A stretch of DNA of 64,000 nt from an uncultured Actinomycetes bacterium. Its GTDB lineage: Bacteria > Actinomycetota > Thermoleophilia > Solirubrobacterales > Solirubrobacteraceae. The stretch covers positions 561,792 to 625,791 of the forward strand of contig CAVWQN010000004.1 of NCBI GenBank assembly GCA_963757075.1, written 5' to 3'. Every line of letters starts with the position of its first letter. Position 1 is the first letter of the stretch. Positions 52,037 through 62,975 of the stretch are shown piece after piece. The notes beneath the pieces are model-generated. The model saw nothing but the letters and a program-made list of their open reading frames with translations, did not search any database and had not been told where the DNA came from. A program made the translations under genes and the position numbers.

Positions 52037-53401
52037 ATGGCTGAGGAGCAGGTGAAGTTCAGCCTGGATGAAGCTGACATCCCGGCCGCCTGGGTCAACC
52101 TGATGGCGGACCTGCCGGGCGAGGCGCCGCCGCCACTGCATCCCGCGACGCAGCAGCCCGCCGGCCCCGATGATCTGGCGCCGCTGTTTCCGCTGGCGCT
52201 GATCCAGCAGGAGGTCTCACCCCAGCCCGAGATCGAGATTCCCGGCCCGGTACGCGACGCCTACCGGCTCTGGCGTCCCACCCCGCTCTACCGCGCCCGG
52301 CGGTTCGAACAGGAGCTTGGCACTCCGGCGCACATCTACTACAAGTACGAAGGCGTCTCGCCGCCAGGGTCGCACAAGCCGAACACCGCGGTGGCCCAGG
52401 CCTACGAGAACGCGGCCGCGGGGATCAGGAAGCTGACGACCGAGACCGGCGCGGGCCAGTGGGGGTCGGCGCTGGCGTTCGCCTGCCGGCTGTTCGGCTT
52501 GGAGTGCGAGGTGTGGATGGTTGGCTCGAGCTACGACCAAAAGCCCTATCGCCGCTCGATGATGGAGGTGTGGGGAGCTACCGTCCACCGCTCGCCGTCC
52601 GATCGGACCGAGGCTGGGCGCTCGCAGCGCGAGCACACGACCGGGTCGCTGGGGATCGCGATCTCCGAAGCAGTCGAAGTGGCCGCCCAGAACGCCGATA
52701 CCAACTATTCGCTCGGCTCGGTCCTCAACCACGTGCTGTTGCACCAGACGGTGATCGGCCAGGAGGCGATCGCCCAGCTTCAGCTCGCCGGGGAGGAGCC
52801 GGACACGGTTATCGGCTGCGTCGGGGGCGGCTCCAACTTCGGCGGGTTGGCGATCCCGTTCCTGCGCCGGGTGATTCGAGAAGGCGTCGAGATGCGCTTC
52901 ATCGCCGCCGAGCCTGCTGCGTGCCCCACGCTGACGCGGGGCGTGTACGCATACGACTTCGGCGACACCGTGGGCCTCACGCCGCTGATGCCCATGTACA
53001 CCCTGGGGCACGACTTCGTACCGCCGCCGGTGCACGCCGGCGGCCTGCGCTACCACGGAGACTCTCCGTTGCTCTGTGGCCTCGTCAAGCAGGGGCTGGT
53101 GGAGCCCCGGGCCTACCGGCAGAACGAGACCTTCGAGGCCGCCGTGCGGTTTGCGCGCGCCGAGGGCATCATCCCCGCCCCTGAGCCTGCCCACGCAATC
53201 CGCGCCGTGATCGACGAGGCCGACGCCGCGCGTGAGGCCGGCGAGGAGCGGGTGATCCTGCTCGGGCTATGCGGCCACGGCCACTTTGACCTCAGCGCCT
53301 ACGACGCCTACCTGGCCGGCAAGCTCGAGGATCCGGAGTTCTCCGAGACCGACATGGAAGCGGCGCTGGCGCGCCTTCCCGAAGCGCCGGCGCTGGCATA
53401 G
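52037..53401 (+). CDS. Stand-alone tryptophan synthase beta-like enzyme (TrpB2)
   Basis: [56 protein letters not shown]; RBS AGGAGG. Confidence 0.93.
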   Translation: MAEEQVKFSLDEADIPAAWVNLMADLPGEAPPPLHPATQQPAGPDDLAPLFPLALIQQEVSPQPEIEIPGPVRDAYRLWRPTPLYRARRFEQELGTPAHIYYKYEGVSPPGSHKPNTAVAQAYENAAAGIRKLTTETGAGQWGSALAFACRLFGLECEVWMVGSSYDQKPYRRSMMEVWGATVHRSPSDRTEAGRSQREHTTGSLGIAISEAVEVAAQNADTNYSLGSVLNHVLLHQTVIGQEAIAQLQLAGEEPDTVIGCVGGGSNFGGLAIPFLRRVIREGVEMRFIAAEPAACPTLTRGVYAYDFGDTVGLTPLMPMYTLGHDFVPPPVHAGGLRYHGDSPLLCGLVKQGLVEPRAYRQNETFEAAVRFARAEGIIPAPEPAHAIRAVIDEADAAREAGEERVILLGLCGHGHFDLSAYDAYLAGKLEDPEFSETDMEAALARLPEAPALA

Positions 53402-53428
53402 CGCAGTACCCCTCTCCCGTAAACGCGG

Positions 53429-53459
53429 CGATCAATTTCCGCTCCGGCTGGTGTCTCGT
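53429..53459 (+). promoter_or_regulatory. Possible ECF (SigG-like) promoter
   Basis: CGATCA-N18-GTCTCGT; partial match to the CGATGA-N18-GTCNNTA consensus I recall for mycobacterial SigG. Confidence 0.3.
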
Positions 53460-53491
53460 TGCCCAGAGACCCGCTACCGAGAGGAGCCGCC

Positions 53492-53863
53492 ATGACCGAC
53501 ACCACAAGCCCCGCACTGAAGACCGCGCTCGCGTACTACGAGGCCTGGACCAGCAAGGACCTCGACACGGCGATGACCTACATCTCCGAGGACATCGTCT
53601 GCGAGGCGCCCGCCGGGAGGATCGACGGCGCCGAGGCCTATCGAGCCTTCATGGGTCCGTTCGTCCAGATCCTCAAGGGCTCGAGCATGATCGCCGCGTT
53701 CGGCGATGAACGGAGGGCGCTGGTCATGTACGACACCGAGACCGTTCCCGTCAAGAGCGCCCCAGGCGCCGAGTGCGTCACCGTGGAGGACGGCAAGATC
53801 ACCCACAGCACGTTCATCTTCGATCGGTTGCCGTTCGAGGAGGCCCGGCGGGGCCCGAACTAA
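53492..53863 (+). CDS. SnoaL-like (NTF2-fold) protein
   Basis: AYYEAWTSKDLD, ISEDIVCEAP, IDGAEAYRAF, VEDGKI...FD; RBS GAGGAG. Confidence 0.85.
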   Translation: MTDTTSPALKTALAYYEAWTSKDLDTAMTYISEDIVCEAPAGRIDGAEAYRAFMGPFVQILKGSSMIAAFGDERRALVMYDTETVPVKSAPGAECVTVEDGKITHSTFIFDRLPFEEARRGPN

Positions 53864-53872
53864 TCAGCGGCG

Positions 53873-56434
53873 TTACACAGTCGCCGGAGCTTCCGCACGC
53901 TCCAGCACGATCTCGCCGTCTGCGGCGTCCACCCGCACGGCGTCGCCGGGCTGGAAGCGACCCTCGAGGATCGCCAGCGCCAGCGGATCGACCAGCCGCT
54001 TCTGGATGACTCGCTTCAGGGGCCGGGCGCCGTACGTCGGGTCATAGCCCAGGTTCCCGAGAAGCGTCCGCGCGGCGTCCGTGAGCTCGAGGTCGATGTC
54101 GCGCTCGCGCACCCGCTCGATCACACGCGCCACCTGGAGGTCGACGATCTCTGAGATCTGCTCGCGGGTCAGCGGCTGGAACTCGACGATGTCATCGAGC
54201 CGGTTGATGAACTCGGGCCGGAAGTGGGCCTCGAGTCCGGCCCGGCCGCCGGGGATGTTCGAGGTCATGATCAGCACCGTGTTCTTGAACGACACGGTCC
54301 GGCCCTGGCCGTCGGTCAGCCGCCCGTCGTCCATCACCTGGAGCAGGGCGTTGAACACATCAGCGTGGGCCTTCTCGATCTCGTCGAGCAACACGACGGA
54401 GTAGGGGCGACGGCGGACTGCCTCGGTCAGCTGACCCCCCTCCTCGTAGCCCACGTATCCCGGAGGCGCGCCGATCAACCGCGAGACCGTGTGCTTCTCC
54501 ATGTACTCGGACATGTCGAGCCTGATCATGGCTTCCTCAGAGTCGAACATGAACTCCGCGAGCGCCCGCGCGAGCTCCGTCTTGCCGACACCCGTTGGGC
54601 CGAGGAACAGGAAGGTCCCGATCGGCCGGTTGGGGTCGGCCAGGCCGGCGCGCGAGCGCCGCAGAGCACTGGCCACGGCCGACACCGCCTCGTCCTGGCC
54701 CACGACGCGCTGGTGCAGGCGCTCCTCCATGTGCACGAGCTTCTCGATCTCGCCTTCCATCAGGCGCGAGACCGGGATCCCGGTCCACTTGGCGACGACC
54801 TCGGCGACGTCCTCGGCGTCGACCTCTTCCTTTAGGAACTTAGGGCCGGTGCCGTCGGTGCTGCTCTCGGCGGCCTCGGCCGTCTGAAGCTGCTTCTCGA
54901 GCTCCGGGATCGTGCCGTACTGAAGCTCGGCGGCGCGGCCCAGGTCCGCCTCGCGCTGCGCGCGCTCGAGCTCCACCCTGGCCTGCTCGAGCTTCTCCTG
55001 GAGCTCGGCGACGGCGCCGATGGTGGCCTTCTCGCGCTGCCACTCGGCGTGCATCGCGGCCGAGCGCTCCTTCTCCTCGGCCAGCGCCCGCTCGAGTTGC
55101 TCGCGGCGCGAGACGGTGCCCGGGTCGTGGTCTGAGCCCAAAGACTGGAGCTCGATCTCGAGCTGCATGATGTGCCGGTCCACCTCGTCGATCTCGGTCG
55201 GCTTGGAGTCGATCTCCATCCGGATCCTCGAAGCGGCCTCGTCCACGAGATCGATGGCCTTGTCCGGCAGGAACCGGTCTGAGATGTACCTGGCGCTGAG
55301 GGTGGCCGCCGCCACCAGCGCGGAGTCCTGGATCCGAACCTTGTGGTGGACCTGGTAGCGCTCCTTGAGCCCCCGCAGGATCGCGATCGTGTCCTCGACG
55401 GACGGCTCGCCCACGTACACAGGCTGGAACCGGCGCTCCAGCGCCGCGTCCTTCTCGATGTGCTTGCGGTACTCGTCGAGCGTCGTCGCGCCCACGGCGC
55501 GCAACTCGCCGCGGGCGAGCATCGGCTTCAGCATGTTGCCGGCGTCGACGGCGCCCTCGGCGGCACCGGCGCCCACGATGGTGTGCAGCTCGTCGATGAA
55601 CACGACGATCTGCCCCCGGGCGTCGGCGATCTCCTTGAGGACGGCCTTCAGCCGGTCCTCAAATTCGCCTCTGTACTTGGAGCCGGCGACCATGGCGCCG
55701 ATGTCGAGCGCGACCAGCCGGCGGTCGCGCAGGCTCTCCGGCACGTCGCCGGAGACGATCCGCTGCGCAAGACCTTCGACGATCGCGGTCTTGCCGACCC
55801 CGGGCTCTCCGATCAGGACAGGATTGTTCTTGGTCCGTCGTGACAGAACCTGGATGACCCGCCGAATCTCGTCGTCGCGGCCGATCACCGGGTCGAGCCT
55901 CCCCTGGGCGGCGGCCTCGGTCAGGTCGCGGCCAAAGCGCTCCAGCGCCTGGAACTTGTCCTCCGGGTTCTGGTCGGTCACCCGGTGCGACCCGCGCACC
56001 TCTTCGAGCGCCTTGAGCAGCTCGTCGCGCGCGGCGCCGGCCGAGCGCAGGGCGTCGCCGGCCTTGCCCGGATGCTTGGAGAGGGCGAGCAGCAAGTGCT
56101 CAGTCGAGAGGTACTCGTCCTTGAGGTCGCGCATCTCCTTCTCGGCGTCTCGGAGGACCTGCGAGAGCTCGCTCGAGCCACCGGCGGTCTCGGGAGCGCC
56201 GCTGCCAGGGCTGAGAGTCGGCAGGGCATCGAGCGCCGGGGCGAGCGACTGGCGCACGGCCGCAGGATCCACGCCGAGCTTGCGCAGCACGGGGACGACT
56301 ACGCCGGCATCCTGCTCGAGCAGCACTGCCAGCAGATGCTCCGGCATCGTCTGTGGATTACGACGCTCGTCAGCGAGCCGCTGCGCGGCCGCGAGCGCCT
56401 CCTGGGACTTGATCGTAAAACGGTCAGGTTGCAT
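53873..56434 (-). CDS. clpB: ATP-dependent chaperone ClpB
   Basis: [30 protein letters not shown], coiled-coil middle domain, GPTGVGKT. Confidence 0.97.
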   Translation of the reverse strand: MQPDRFTIKSQEALAAAQRLADERRNPQTMPEHLLAVLLEQDAGVVVPVLRKLGVDPAAVRQSLAPALDALPTLSPGSGAPETAGGSSELSQVLRDAEKEMRDLKDEYLSTEHLLLALSKHPGKAGDALRSAGAARDELLKALEEVRGSHRVTDQNPEDKFQALERFGRDLTEAAAQGRLDPVIGRDDEIRRVIQVLSRRTKNNPVLIGEPGVGKTAIVEGLAQRIVSGDVPESLRDRRLVALDIGAMVAGSKYRGEFEDRLKAVLKEIADARGQIVVFIDELHTIVGAGAAEGAVDAGNMLKPMLARGELRAVGATTLDEYRKHIEKDAALERRFQPVYVGEPSVEDTIAILRGLKERYQVHHKVRIQDSALVAAATLSARYISDRFLPDKAIDLVDEAASRIRMEIDSKPTEIDEVDRHIMQLEIELQSLGSDHDPGTVSRREQLERALAEEKERSAAMHAEWQREKATIGAVAELQEKLEQARVELERAQREADLGRAAELQYGTIPELEKQLQTAEAAESSTDGTGPKFLKEEVDAEDVAEVVAKWTGIPVSRLMEGEIEKLVHMEERLHQRVVGQDEAVSAVASALRRSRAGLADPNRPIGTFLFLGPTGVGKTELARALAEFMFDSEEAMIRLDMSEYMEKHTVSRLIGAPPGYVGYEEGGQLTEAVRRRPYSVVLLDEIEKAHADVFNALLQVMDDGRLTDGQGRTVSFKNTVLIMTSNIPGGRAGLEAHFRPEFINRLDDIVEFQPLTREQISEIVDLQVARVIERVRERDIDLELTDAARTLLGNLGYDPTYGARPLKRVIQKRLVDPLALAILEGRFQPGDAVRVDAADGEIVLERAEAPATV

Positions 56435-56460
56435 GTGAGTGGTTTCCTTGGGTGGGCAGA

Positions 56461-56485
56461 AATCTAAGTCTTGATGACTTAGATT
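56461..56485. promoter_or_regulatory. Perfect inverted repeat, probable HspR operator of clpB
   Basis: AATCTAAGTC-TTGAT-GACTTAGATT, overlapping the minus-strand -10 CATAAT. Confidence 0.8.
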
Positions 56486-56538
56486 ATGGCAGACAATGTG
56501 GCTTTCGCCACGCGGATTTCAGCCGCGGACAAGGGCAA

Positions 56539-57018
56539 TCAACCGCGGTCGCTGCGGCGACCCGTTCCCGGCATGCGAACCCTCAATGTCTTCAGGTCCG
56601 CGCTTCGGACCAGCTCCCCGCCGCCGTCGTAGGGAACGATCTCCGCCCGTAGCTCGCGGCGGATCGCCTCGAGCCGCTGGACCTCGGCCCTCAGCTCGCG
56701 GGCCCGCCGCTCGAGCGCCGCCACCTTGCGCGACATCGACCCGAGTTGGTCCTCGAGCTCGAACACCCGCTCCACTCCCGCCAGGTTCATCCCCATTTCG
56801 GCCGTCATCTCCTGGATCCGGCGTAGGCGCTCGACGTCCTCCTGGGAATACAAGCGTGTCCCCTTGGGCGAGCGCTTGGGCTCGATCAAGCCTCTGGCCT
56901 CGTACATCCGCAGCGTCTGGGGGTGCATCTCGGCGAGCTCGGCCGCTACCGAGATCATGAACACGCCCCGGTTTGTGCTGACCGTGGTCCGCTCTATCCG
57001 TCTCCGTCGCGCGGCCAT
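56539..57018 (-). CDS. hspR: Heat-shock repressor HspR (MerR family)
   Basis: FMISVAAEL, HPQTLRMYE, RLYSQED, MNLAGV; last gene of the dnaK operon. Confidence 0.93.
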   Translation of the reverse strand: MAARRRRIERTTVSTNRGVFMISVAAELAEMHPQTLRMYEARGLIEPKRSPKGTRLYSQEDVERLRRIQEMTAEMGMNLAGVERVFELEDQLGSMSRKVAALERRARELRAEVQRLEAIRRELRAEIVPYDGGGELVRSADLKTLRVRMPGTGRRSDRG

Positions 57019-57034
57019 CTCGTCGTTCACACCC

Positions 57035-58144
57035 CTAGCGCCCGGCCTGCTCGAACAGGCGCGCCCGCGGATTGCCGTTCATCGTCTGCGAAAGGCGGTC
57101 GATCGCCTCGCTCTGCTCCGCCGACAGCGACTCCGGTACGTCGATCACGAACCGGTAGTGGATGTCGCCCCGGGTCTTGCCGCCCAGCCGCGGCGGCCCT
57201 TCGCCCCGCAGGCGTTGGACAGTCCCGTGCTTGGTGCCGCGCGGGACGCGCAGGCGCTTGGAACCCCGCAGCGTCGGGACCTCGATCACCGCCCCGCGGA
57301 TGGCCTCGGGGATCGTGAGCGGGACCTCGACCTCGAGGTTGTCGCCCACCTGCTTGAAGACCGTCGACGGAGCCACGTGCGTGACCACGTACAGGTCGCC
57401 TGGCTCACCGCCGCGCGGACCGGACTCGCCCTTGCCCGCCAGCCGGATGCGGCTGCCCTCGCGGACCCCGGCCGGGATGTTGACCCGCAGACGGCGCATG
57501 CTGCGTTGGGCACCGGAGCCGCCGCAGGTGGGACAGGGGTCGTCGATCACGGTGCCGGCCCCACCGCAGTTCGAGCAGGGCTGCGATAGCGAGAAGATCC
57601 CCTGGCTCTGGCTCTCGATGCCGCGGCCGTTGCAGACCGGGCACACCCTGGGCGAGGTGCCTGGCTTCGCGCCAGTGCCGCGGCAGGTGGAACATGGCTG
57701 GGACGTCGGCACTGCCAGCGGGACCTGTGCGCCGTCCACTGCCTGGTCGAAGCTGAGCGAGACCTCGGTCTCGAGGTCCCGGCCGCGGGCTACCCGGGCC
57801 CCGCCGCGGGCGCTGCCGCCGCGGCCAGCGCCCGCCGCGCCGCCGCCGAACAGGTTCGAGAGGATGTCGCCGAACCCAGAACCGAACGAGCTCGGGTCGA
57901 ACCCGCCGGGCATGTTGAAGCCGAACGGCCCCGAGCCCCGGTCGTACTGCTTGCGCTTCTCGGGGTCTGAGAGCACATCGTGGGCCTGCGAGACCTCCTT
58001 GAAGCGCTCCTCGGCACGCTTGTCGCCCGGATTGCGGTCGGGGTGATACTGGCGCGCAAGCTTGCGGTAGGCCTTCTTGATCTCCTCTTCCGAGGCGTTC
58101 TTGGCGACCCCGAGGATCTTGTAGTAGTCGGGTCTGGACGCCAT
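57035..58144 (-). CDS. dnaJ: Chaperone DnaJ
   Basis: J-domain with HPD, G/F region, four CxxCxGxG repeats. Confidence 0.96.
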   Translation of the reverse strand: MASRPDYYKILGVAKNASEEEIKKAYRKLARQYHPDRNPGDKRAEERFKEVSQAHDVLSDPEKRKQYDRGSGPFGFNMPGGFDPSSFGSGFGDILSNLFGGGAAGAGRGGSARGGARVARGRDLETEVSLSFDQAVDGAQVPLAVPTSQPCSTCRGTGAKPGTSPRVCPVCNGRGIESQSQGIFSLSQPCSNCGGAGTVIDDPCPTCGGSGAQRSMRRLRVNIPAGVREGSRIRLAGKGESGPRGGEPGDLYVVTHVAPSTVFKQVGDNLEVEVPLTIPEAIRGAVIEVPTLRGSKRLRVPRGTKHGTVQRLRGEGPPRLGGKTRGDIHYRFVIDVPESLSAEQSEAIDRLSQTMNGNPRARLFEQAGR

Positions 58145-58157
58145 CTTCGTCTATCCG

Positions 58158-58790
58158 TCAGGCCGCTACCACCACGCTCGCGGGCCGGAGGACGGAGTCC
58201 CCCATCCGGTACCCGCGCTGGTAGACCTCGACGATCGTGCCCGGCTGGGCACCATCCACCGGCTGCTGAGCAACCGCCTCGTGCAGCTGGGGATCGAACT
58301 GCTCGCCCAGTGGTGAATAGGGCTCGATTCCCACCCGCGCCAGTGCGGCCAGCACGCCGGCATGCACGAGCTTGAGCCCGGACACGAGATTCTCCGACTC
58401 GCCCGAGCCATCCGTGGCCTCGAGCGCTCGGTCGAGATTGTCGACGGCGGGCAGCAGCTCGAGCGCCAGCTTCACGATGCCGCGCTCCTGGGCGGCCGCA
58501 GTCTCGCGAGCCGCCCGCTTGCGGTAGTTCTCGAAGTCAGCCTTCGTGCGCTGGGCGAGCTCGAGGTACTCGTCCGCCTTCTCCGCCTTGGCCGTCAGCT
58601 CCTCGAGGTCGTGCTCGAGCTGAGCCTCGTGATCGGCTTCATCGGGAACGGCCGCAGACTCCTCCTGCTCTTTCTCTAGTTCAGGGGATGGGGCGGTCTC
58701 AGGCTCCGGGGTCGGCTGCGCGTCCGAACCCCTTCGCGTGGGTTCGGACGCGTCGGCCATCCCGGGGCCATGCCGGGTGCGTTCAGCCAT
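58158..58790 (-). CDS. grpE: Nucleotide exchange factor GrpE
   Basis: QRTKADFENYRKR, LLPAVDNLDRA, FDPQLHEA, VLRPASVVV. Confidence 0.95.
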   Translation of the reverse strand: MAERTRHGPGMADASEPTRRGSDAQPTPEPETAPSPELEKEQEESAAVPDEADHEAQLEHDLEELTAKAEKADEYLELAQRTKADFENYRKRAARETAAAQERGIVKLALELLPAVDNLDRALEATDGSGESENLVSGLKLVHAGVLAALARVGIEPYSPLGEQFDPQLHEAVAQQPVDGAQPGTIVEVYQRGYRMGDSVLRPASVVVAA

Positions 58791-58793
58791 GGC

Positions 58794-60704
58794 CTACTTA
58801 CCCTCGTCGACCACTTCTGCGTCGACGACGTCCTCCTCGGCTTCCGCACCGTCGCCAGTTGCGGCACCAGCGCCATCGCCACCCGACGCCGCCTGCTGCT
58901 CCTGGGCGCGCTGATACATGGCCTCGGAGACCTTGTGGAAGGCCGCCTGTAGCGCCTCGGTCTTGGCGTTGATCTCCGCCGCGTCCTCGGAGGTGAGGAT
59001 CTCGCGGACGGCCTTGATCGCCGCCTCGATCTCTTCCTTGGAGGATGCCTCGACCGTGTCGCCAAGCTCGTTCAGCTGGCGCTCGGCCTGGTAGGCGGCG
59101 TTCTCGCCGTTGTTGCGGGCCTCCGCGAGCTCGCGCTGGCGGCGGTCCTCGTCGGCGTGCGCCTCCGCATCGGTAACCATCCGCTTGATCTCTTCCTCAG
59201 ACAGACCGGAGCCGGACTTGATCTCGATCTTCTGCTCCTTGCCTGTTCCCAGATCCTTAGCCGAGACGTTGAGGATGCCGTTGGCGTCGATGTCGAACGC
59301 CACCTCGATCTGCGGGATGCCACGCGGGGCGGGCGGGATACCGGTCAGCTGGAACTTGCCCAGCGACTTGTTGTAGGCCGCCATCTCGCGCTCGCCCTGG
59401 AGGACATGGATCTCGACCGAGGGCTGGTTGTCCTCGGCTGTCGAGAAGATCTCCGACTTCCGGGTGGGAATCGTCGTGTTGCGCTCGATGAGCTTGGTCA
59501 TGACGCCGCCCTTGGTCTCGATCCCGAGCGTCAGCGGCGTGACGTCGAGCAGCAGCACGTCCTTGACGTCGCCCGCCAGCACCCCGGCCTGGATCGCGGC
59601 TCCGACCGCCACCACCTCGTCGGGGTTCACCCCGCGGTGGGGATCCTTGCCCGTCAGCTCCTTGACCTTCTCCTGCACGGCGGGCATGCGGGTCATACCG
59701 CCGACCAGGACCACGTGGTCGATCTTCTCGACGCCCTTCTCCTTGGCGTCGTCGAGCGCCTGGCGAACCGGCGCGACCGTGCGGTCGAGCAGGTCCGCGG
59801 TCAACTCCGTGAGCTTGGCTCGCGTGAGCCGCATGTCGAGGTGCTTGGGCCCGCTGGCGTCGGCGGTGATGAACGGCAGGTTGATCTGCGTCTCCTGCGT
59901 GGTCGAGAGCTCGATCTTGGCCTTCTCGGCCGCCTCGTACAGGCGCTGGAGGGCCATCGGATCCGCCGCCAGGTCGATCCCCTGCGAGCGCTTGAACTCC
60001 GCCACCAGCCAGTCGACGACCGCCTTGTCGAAGTTGTCGCCGCCGAGGTGGTTATCACCGGAGGTGGCCTTGACCTCGAACACGCCCTCGCCGATCTCGA
60101 GCACCGACACGTCGAACGTGCCGCCACCGAGGTCGAACACCAAAATGGTCTGGTCGGACTCCTTGTCGAGCCCGTAGGCCAGCGATGCCGCGGTCGGCTC
60201 GTTGATGATCCGCTTGACGTCGAGACCAGCGATCTTGCCGGCGTCCTTCGTCGCCTGACGCTGATCGTCGTTGAAGTACGCGGGGACCGTGATCACCGCG
60301 CTGTCGACGGTCTCCCCGAGGTACGCCTCGGCGTCCGTCTTGAGCTTTCCGAGGATCATCGCCGAGATCTCCGGCGGCGAGAACTGCTTGCCACCGGCCT
60401 CGACGCGCGCGTCCCCATTGGGGCCCGCTACCACCTTGTACGGCACGATCGACTCCTCGGTCTTCACCTCGGCCTCCTTGCGGCCCATGAAGCGCTTGAT
60501 CGAGAAGATCGTGTTCTGCGGGTTGGTTACCGCCTGGCGCTTGGCGACGGTGCCGACGAGCCTCTCGCCGGACTGCGTGAACGCCACGACCGAGGGCGTG
60601 GTACGACCACCCTCCGCGTTCTCGATAACCGTCGGCTCACCGCCCTCGAGCACGGCCATACAGCTATTGGTCGTTCCCAGGTCGATACCGATCGTTTTAC
60701 CCAT
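58794..60704 (-). CDS. dnaK: Chaperone DnaK
   Basis: [40 protein letters not shown]. Confidence 0.98.
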   Translation of the reverse strand: MGKTIGIDLGTTNSCMAVLEGGEPTVIENAEGGRTTPSVVAFTQSGERLVGTVAKRQAVTNPQNTIFSIKRFMGRKEAEVKTEESIVPYKVVAGPNGDARVEAGGKQFSPPEISAMILGKLKTDAEAYLGETVDSAVITVPAYFNDDQRQATKDAGKIAGLDVKRIINEPTAASLAYGLDKESDQTILVFDLGGGTFDVSVLEIGEGVFEVKATSGDNHLGGDNFDKAVVDWLVAEFKRSQGIDLAADPMALQRLYEAAEKAKIELSTTQETQINLPFITADASGPKHLDMRLTRAKLTELTADLLDRTVAPVRQALDDAKEKGVEKIDHVVLVGGMTRMPAVQEKVKELTGKDPHRGVNPDEVVAVGAAIQAGVLAGDVKDVLLLDVTPLTLGIETKGGVMTKLIERNTTIPTRKSEIFSTAEDNQPSVEIHVLQGEREMAAYNKSLGKFQLTGIPPAPRGIPQIEVAFDIDANGILNVSAKDLGTGKEQKIEIKSGSGLSEEEIKRMVTDAEAHADEDRRQRELAEARNNGENAAYQAERQLNELGDTVEASSKEEIEAAIKAVREILTSEDAAEINAKTEALQAAFHKVSEAMYQRAQEQQAASGGDGAGAATGDGAEAEEDVVDAEVVDEGK

Positions 60705-60724
60705 ATTGCACTCCTATAGTGTCG

Positions 60725-60753
60725 AAAATCTAAGCGCCAGCATAGCAGATTTT
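60725..60753. promoter_or_regulatory. Imperfect inverted repeat, probable HspR operator of the dnaK operon
   Basis: AAAATCTAAG-CGCCAGCATAGC-AGATTTT; same AATCT-N15-AGATT geometry as the clpB site; encloses minus-strand -10 TATGCT. Confidence 0.7.
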
Positions 60754-60797
60754 CAGATCTGCTCGCTCAGCGGCCTCAAGCAGCCGAGAAGCTCGGA

Positions 60798-62027
60798 TCA
60801 CCGCGTCGGGTTGGCGGCCGCTAGCGCTTGGAACTCGTTGGCGGCTTGCTTGGGGGCGTAGTCGTACGCGAACAGGCCGTAGTGGTAGAAGAAGCTGGGG
60901 TCAGGGCTGGAGTAGCCGGGCTGGTAGTCGCGCAGGTTGAACCACATGGCGGCCTTGACGAACGGCAGCCCCAGCAGGTCTCCGTAGGCCTCGACCAGGT
61001 CCGAGGCCTGCACGTCTTCGCCAGGGAAATAGCTCCCATTCGGGACGGCGTTGCCAGGCCAGCCGAACTCGGTCAGCCACAGCGGCGGCAATCCGTAGTG
61101 ATCGTTGGCGAACTCCTGCTCGTAGGCCGAGAGCTCCTGGGGCCAGGTCATCTGGCACCAGGGCGAGGAGTTGCAGCCGTCTTGGGGGAACGGACCGCTT
61201 GCGCCTCTCGCTCGCGGTACGCCGCCCACGTAGTCGAACGCGGGGACGGACGGACCAAACCCGCCCGGCGGAAACCGGTAGGCGTGCAGCGCGACTCCGT
61301 CGAACGCAGGTCGGCCGTGGAGAGCCCGCAGCACGCTCCGCGTATACGGCAGCACCGCGACCCAGCCCTTCGTCTGAGGGGTGATCGAGAACCCGGACGG
61401 CGAGCCGAACAGCAGCTGGAGGTCAAGGCCGTACTGGTGGTTGACCGTTTGGATTACCGAGTACTGGGCCCTCAACAGCGCCGCATATCGAGTGGCGTCT
61501 GGGCCCGGCAGCCAGGAGGACCGGTTGTTCTCCTCGGTCCAGCTCTCGTAGTACTGGACGACGTTGCGGTAGCGAAGCACCAGCCGGCGGAAGTACGCCT
61601 GGTAGTCGCTCAGGTCCCTGGACGTCGTCGGGGGGCAGGCGTGGACGTTGGCCGGCTGGGGGCGCAGCGAGCAGGCGCTGCGGACCCCGCCCACGCTTAT
61701 GACCACGCCCATCCCTGCCGACCGGGCCGCCCGGACTTCGCGATCAAGCATGCCGAAGCTGCCGCTCCCGGTGGCGGCACCCGCCGTGAAGTGGTCCCAG
61801 CGAGCGCCGAGCGCGCGGGCGGTCGGGATGCCGCGGTTGAAGTACGCCTGGCTTGAGTCGTACACGGCGGTGTCGATCCCGAACAGCGACGGACTCGGTT
61901 CGGCCCCCATTGACCGCAGCGGTCCCGACGAATGCTTGCGACGCGGACGGGCGTTAGCCGCGCCGACCACGATCAGCGAACCGAGCGCGAGCACGGCCAG
62001 CATCTTCAGCTGTCGACTGAAGTTCAT
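60798..62027 (-). CDS. Secreted clan GH-A glycoside hydrolase-like protein (GH5/GH39-like)
   Basis: Signal peptide; YYESWTEEN, ALHAY, LWLTEFGW, AMWFNLRD; RBS GGAGG. Confidence 0.75.
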   Translation of the reverse strand: MNFSRQLKMLAVLALGSLIVVGAANARPRRKHSSGPLRSMGAEPSPSLFGIDTAVYDSSQAYFNRGIPTARALGARWDHFTAGAATGSGSFGMLDREVRAARSAGMGVVISVGGVRSACSLRPQPANVHACPPTTSRDLSDYQAYFRRLVLRYRNVVQYYESWTEENNRSSWLPGPDATRYAALLRAQYSVIQTVNHQYGLDLQLLFGSPSGFSITPQTKGWVAVLPYTRSVLRALHGRPAFDGVALHAYRFPPGGFGPSVPAFDYVGGVPRARGASGPFPQDGCNSSPWCQMTWPQELSAYEQEFANDHYGLPPLWLTEFGWPGNAVPNGSYFPGEDVQASDLVEAYGDLLGLPFVKAAMWFNLRDYQPGYSSPDPSFFYHYGLFAYDYAPKQAANEFQALAAANPTR

Positions 62028-62188
62028 CGGTCCCTCCTTGACCTGTTTCAAGCAGCTGAGCCGAGGCTCACATCGTGCTGGTCCGGTCTTGACCGAGCCC
62101 GCTGCCTCCCGTCGGGTATTCCATCAGGTCTGGCCGACGAGGGTGTCGGACGAAGCGGGTCGAGGTTGTCCGGTAACCCTGGCCGCCC

Positions 62189-62890
62189 TCACACGAACTT
62201 GTCCGCGCTGGGGCACATCCGCCGCAGAGGGCACCCAGGACAGTTCGGGCGCCGCGCGTAGCAGGTGCGACGCCCGTGGCGCAGCAGGTTGAGGTGAAAC
62301 TCGAGCTCCTGGCCCCGGGGGGTGATGGCGAGCATCGTGTCGTGGAGCTCGTCGAACGACGCCCCCTCGCGCAGCAGGGCCAATCGCGTGCCCACCCGCG
62401 CGACGTGCGTGTCGACAGGGATGTCCCGCATCCCGAGCGCGAACAGAAGCACGCAGGCCGCGGTCTTTCGCCCCACGCCTGGTAACCCGCAGAGATAACC
62501 CTGCGCCTCCGCGACCGGCTCGTCCGCGAGCCAGTCGAGCGACAGCCGCCCGCCTGGGGCGGTCTCGGTGATGGCCTGGAGGATCGACTTGATCCTCGCC
62601 GACTTGATCCTCGAGATCCCCCCGGGCCGGATCGCCTGCTCGAGCTCGTCGACCGGCGCGTCCCTCACCTCCTCCCAGGTCGGGAAGCGGGTCCGCAGGT
62701 TTAGATAGGCCACGTCCCGATTGCGGTCGTTCGTCGACTGCGACAGGACGGTCAGGATCAGCTCGGCGATCGGATGGCCGTGAGGCTCGGCCAAGGGCAC
62801 CCCGTACACGAGCCGGAGGCGGTCCCGAATCGCACGCACGCGGCGGCCCGACGGGAGCTTCCAGCTGGGTGCGGGGAGCGTCCGGCTCAT
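62189..62890 (-). CDS. nth: Endonuclease III (HhH-GPD, 4Fe-4S)
   Basis: ILTVLSQST, LPGVGRKTA, IPVDTHVAR, CYARRPNCPGCPLRRMC. Confidence 0.88.
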   Translation of the reverse strand: MSRTLPAPSWKLPSGRRVRAIRDRLRLVYGVPLAEPHGHPIAELILTVLSQSTNDRNRDVAYLNLRTRFPTWEEVRDAPVDELEQAIRPGGISRIKSARIKSILQAITETAPGGRLSLDWLADEPVAEAQGYLCGLPGVGRKTAACVLLFALGMRDIPVDTHVARVGTRLALLREGASFDELHDTMLAITPRGQELEFHLNLLRHGRRTCYARRPNCPGCPLRRMCPSADKFV

Positions 62891-62975
62891 CAGGCAGACG
62901 TTATCCTCGGCCAGTGGTTCTCCCCGTAAATACGGTCGCACCGAGAGGCGTCACTGGCCGTCAGGGGCGACTGGA

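Noticed and set aside
59157-60719. 520-aa ORF antisense to dnaK
   Set aside because: This is the well-known shadow frame of hsp70/dnaK genes, historically misannotated as NAD-glutamate dehydrogenase; it follows from codon bias
62075-62140. Resemblance to the 3' half of a TPP riboswitch (ACCTGAT...AATACC...GGGAG)
   Set aside because: Lacks the essential CUGAGA element and a proper P5 stem; the downstream gene is unrelated to thiamine
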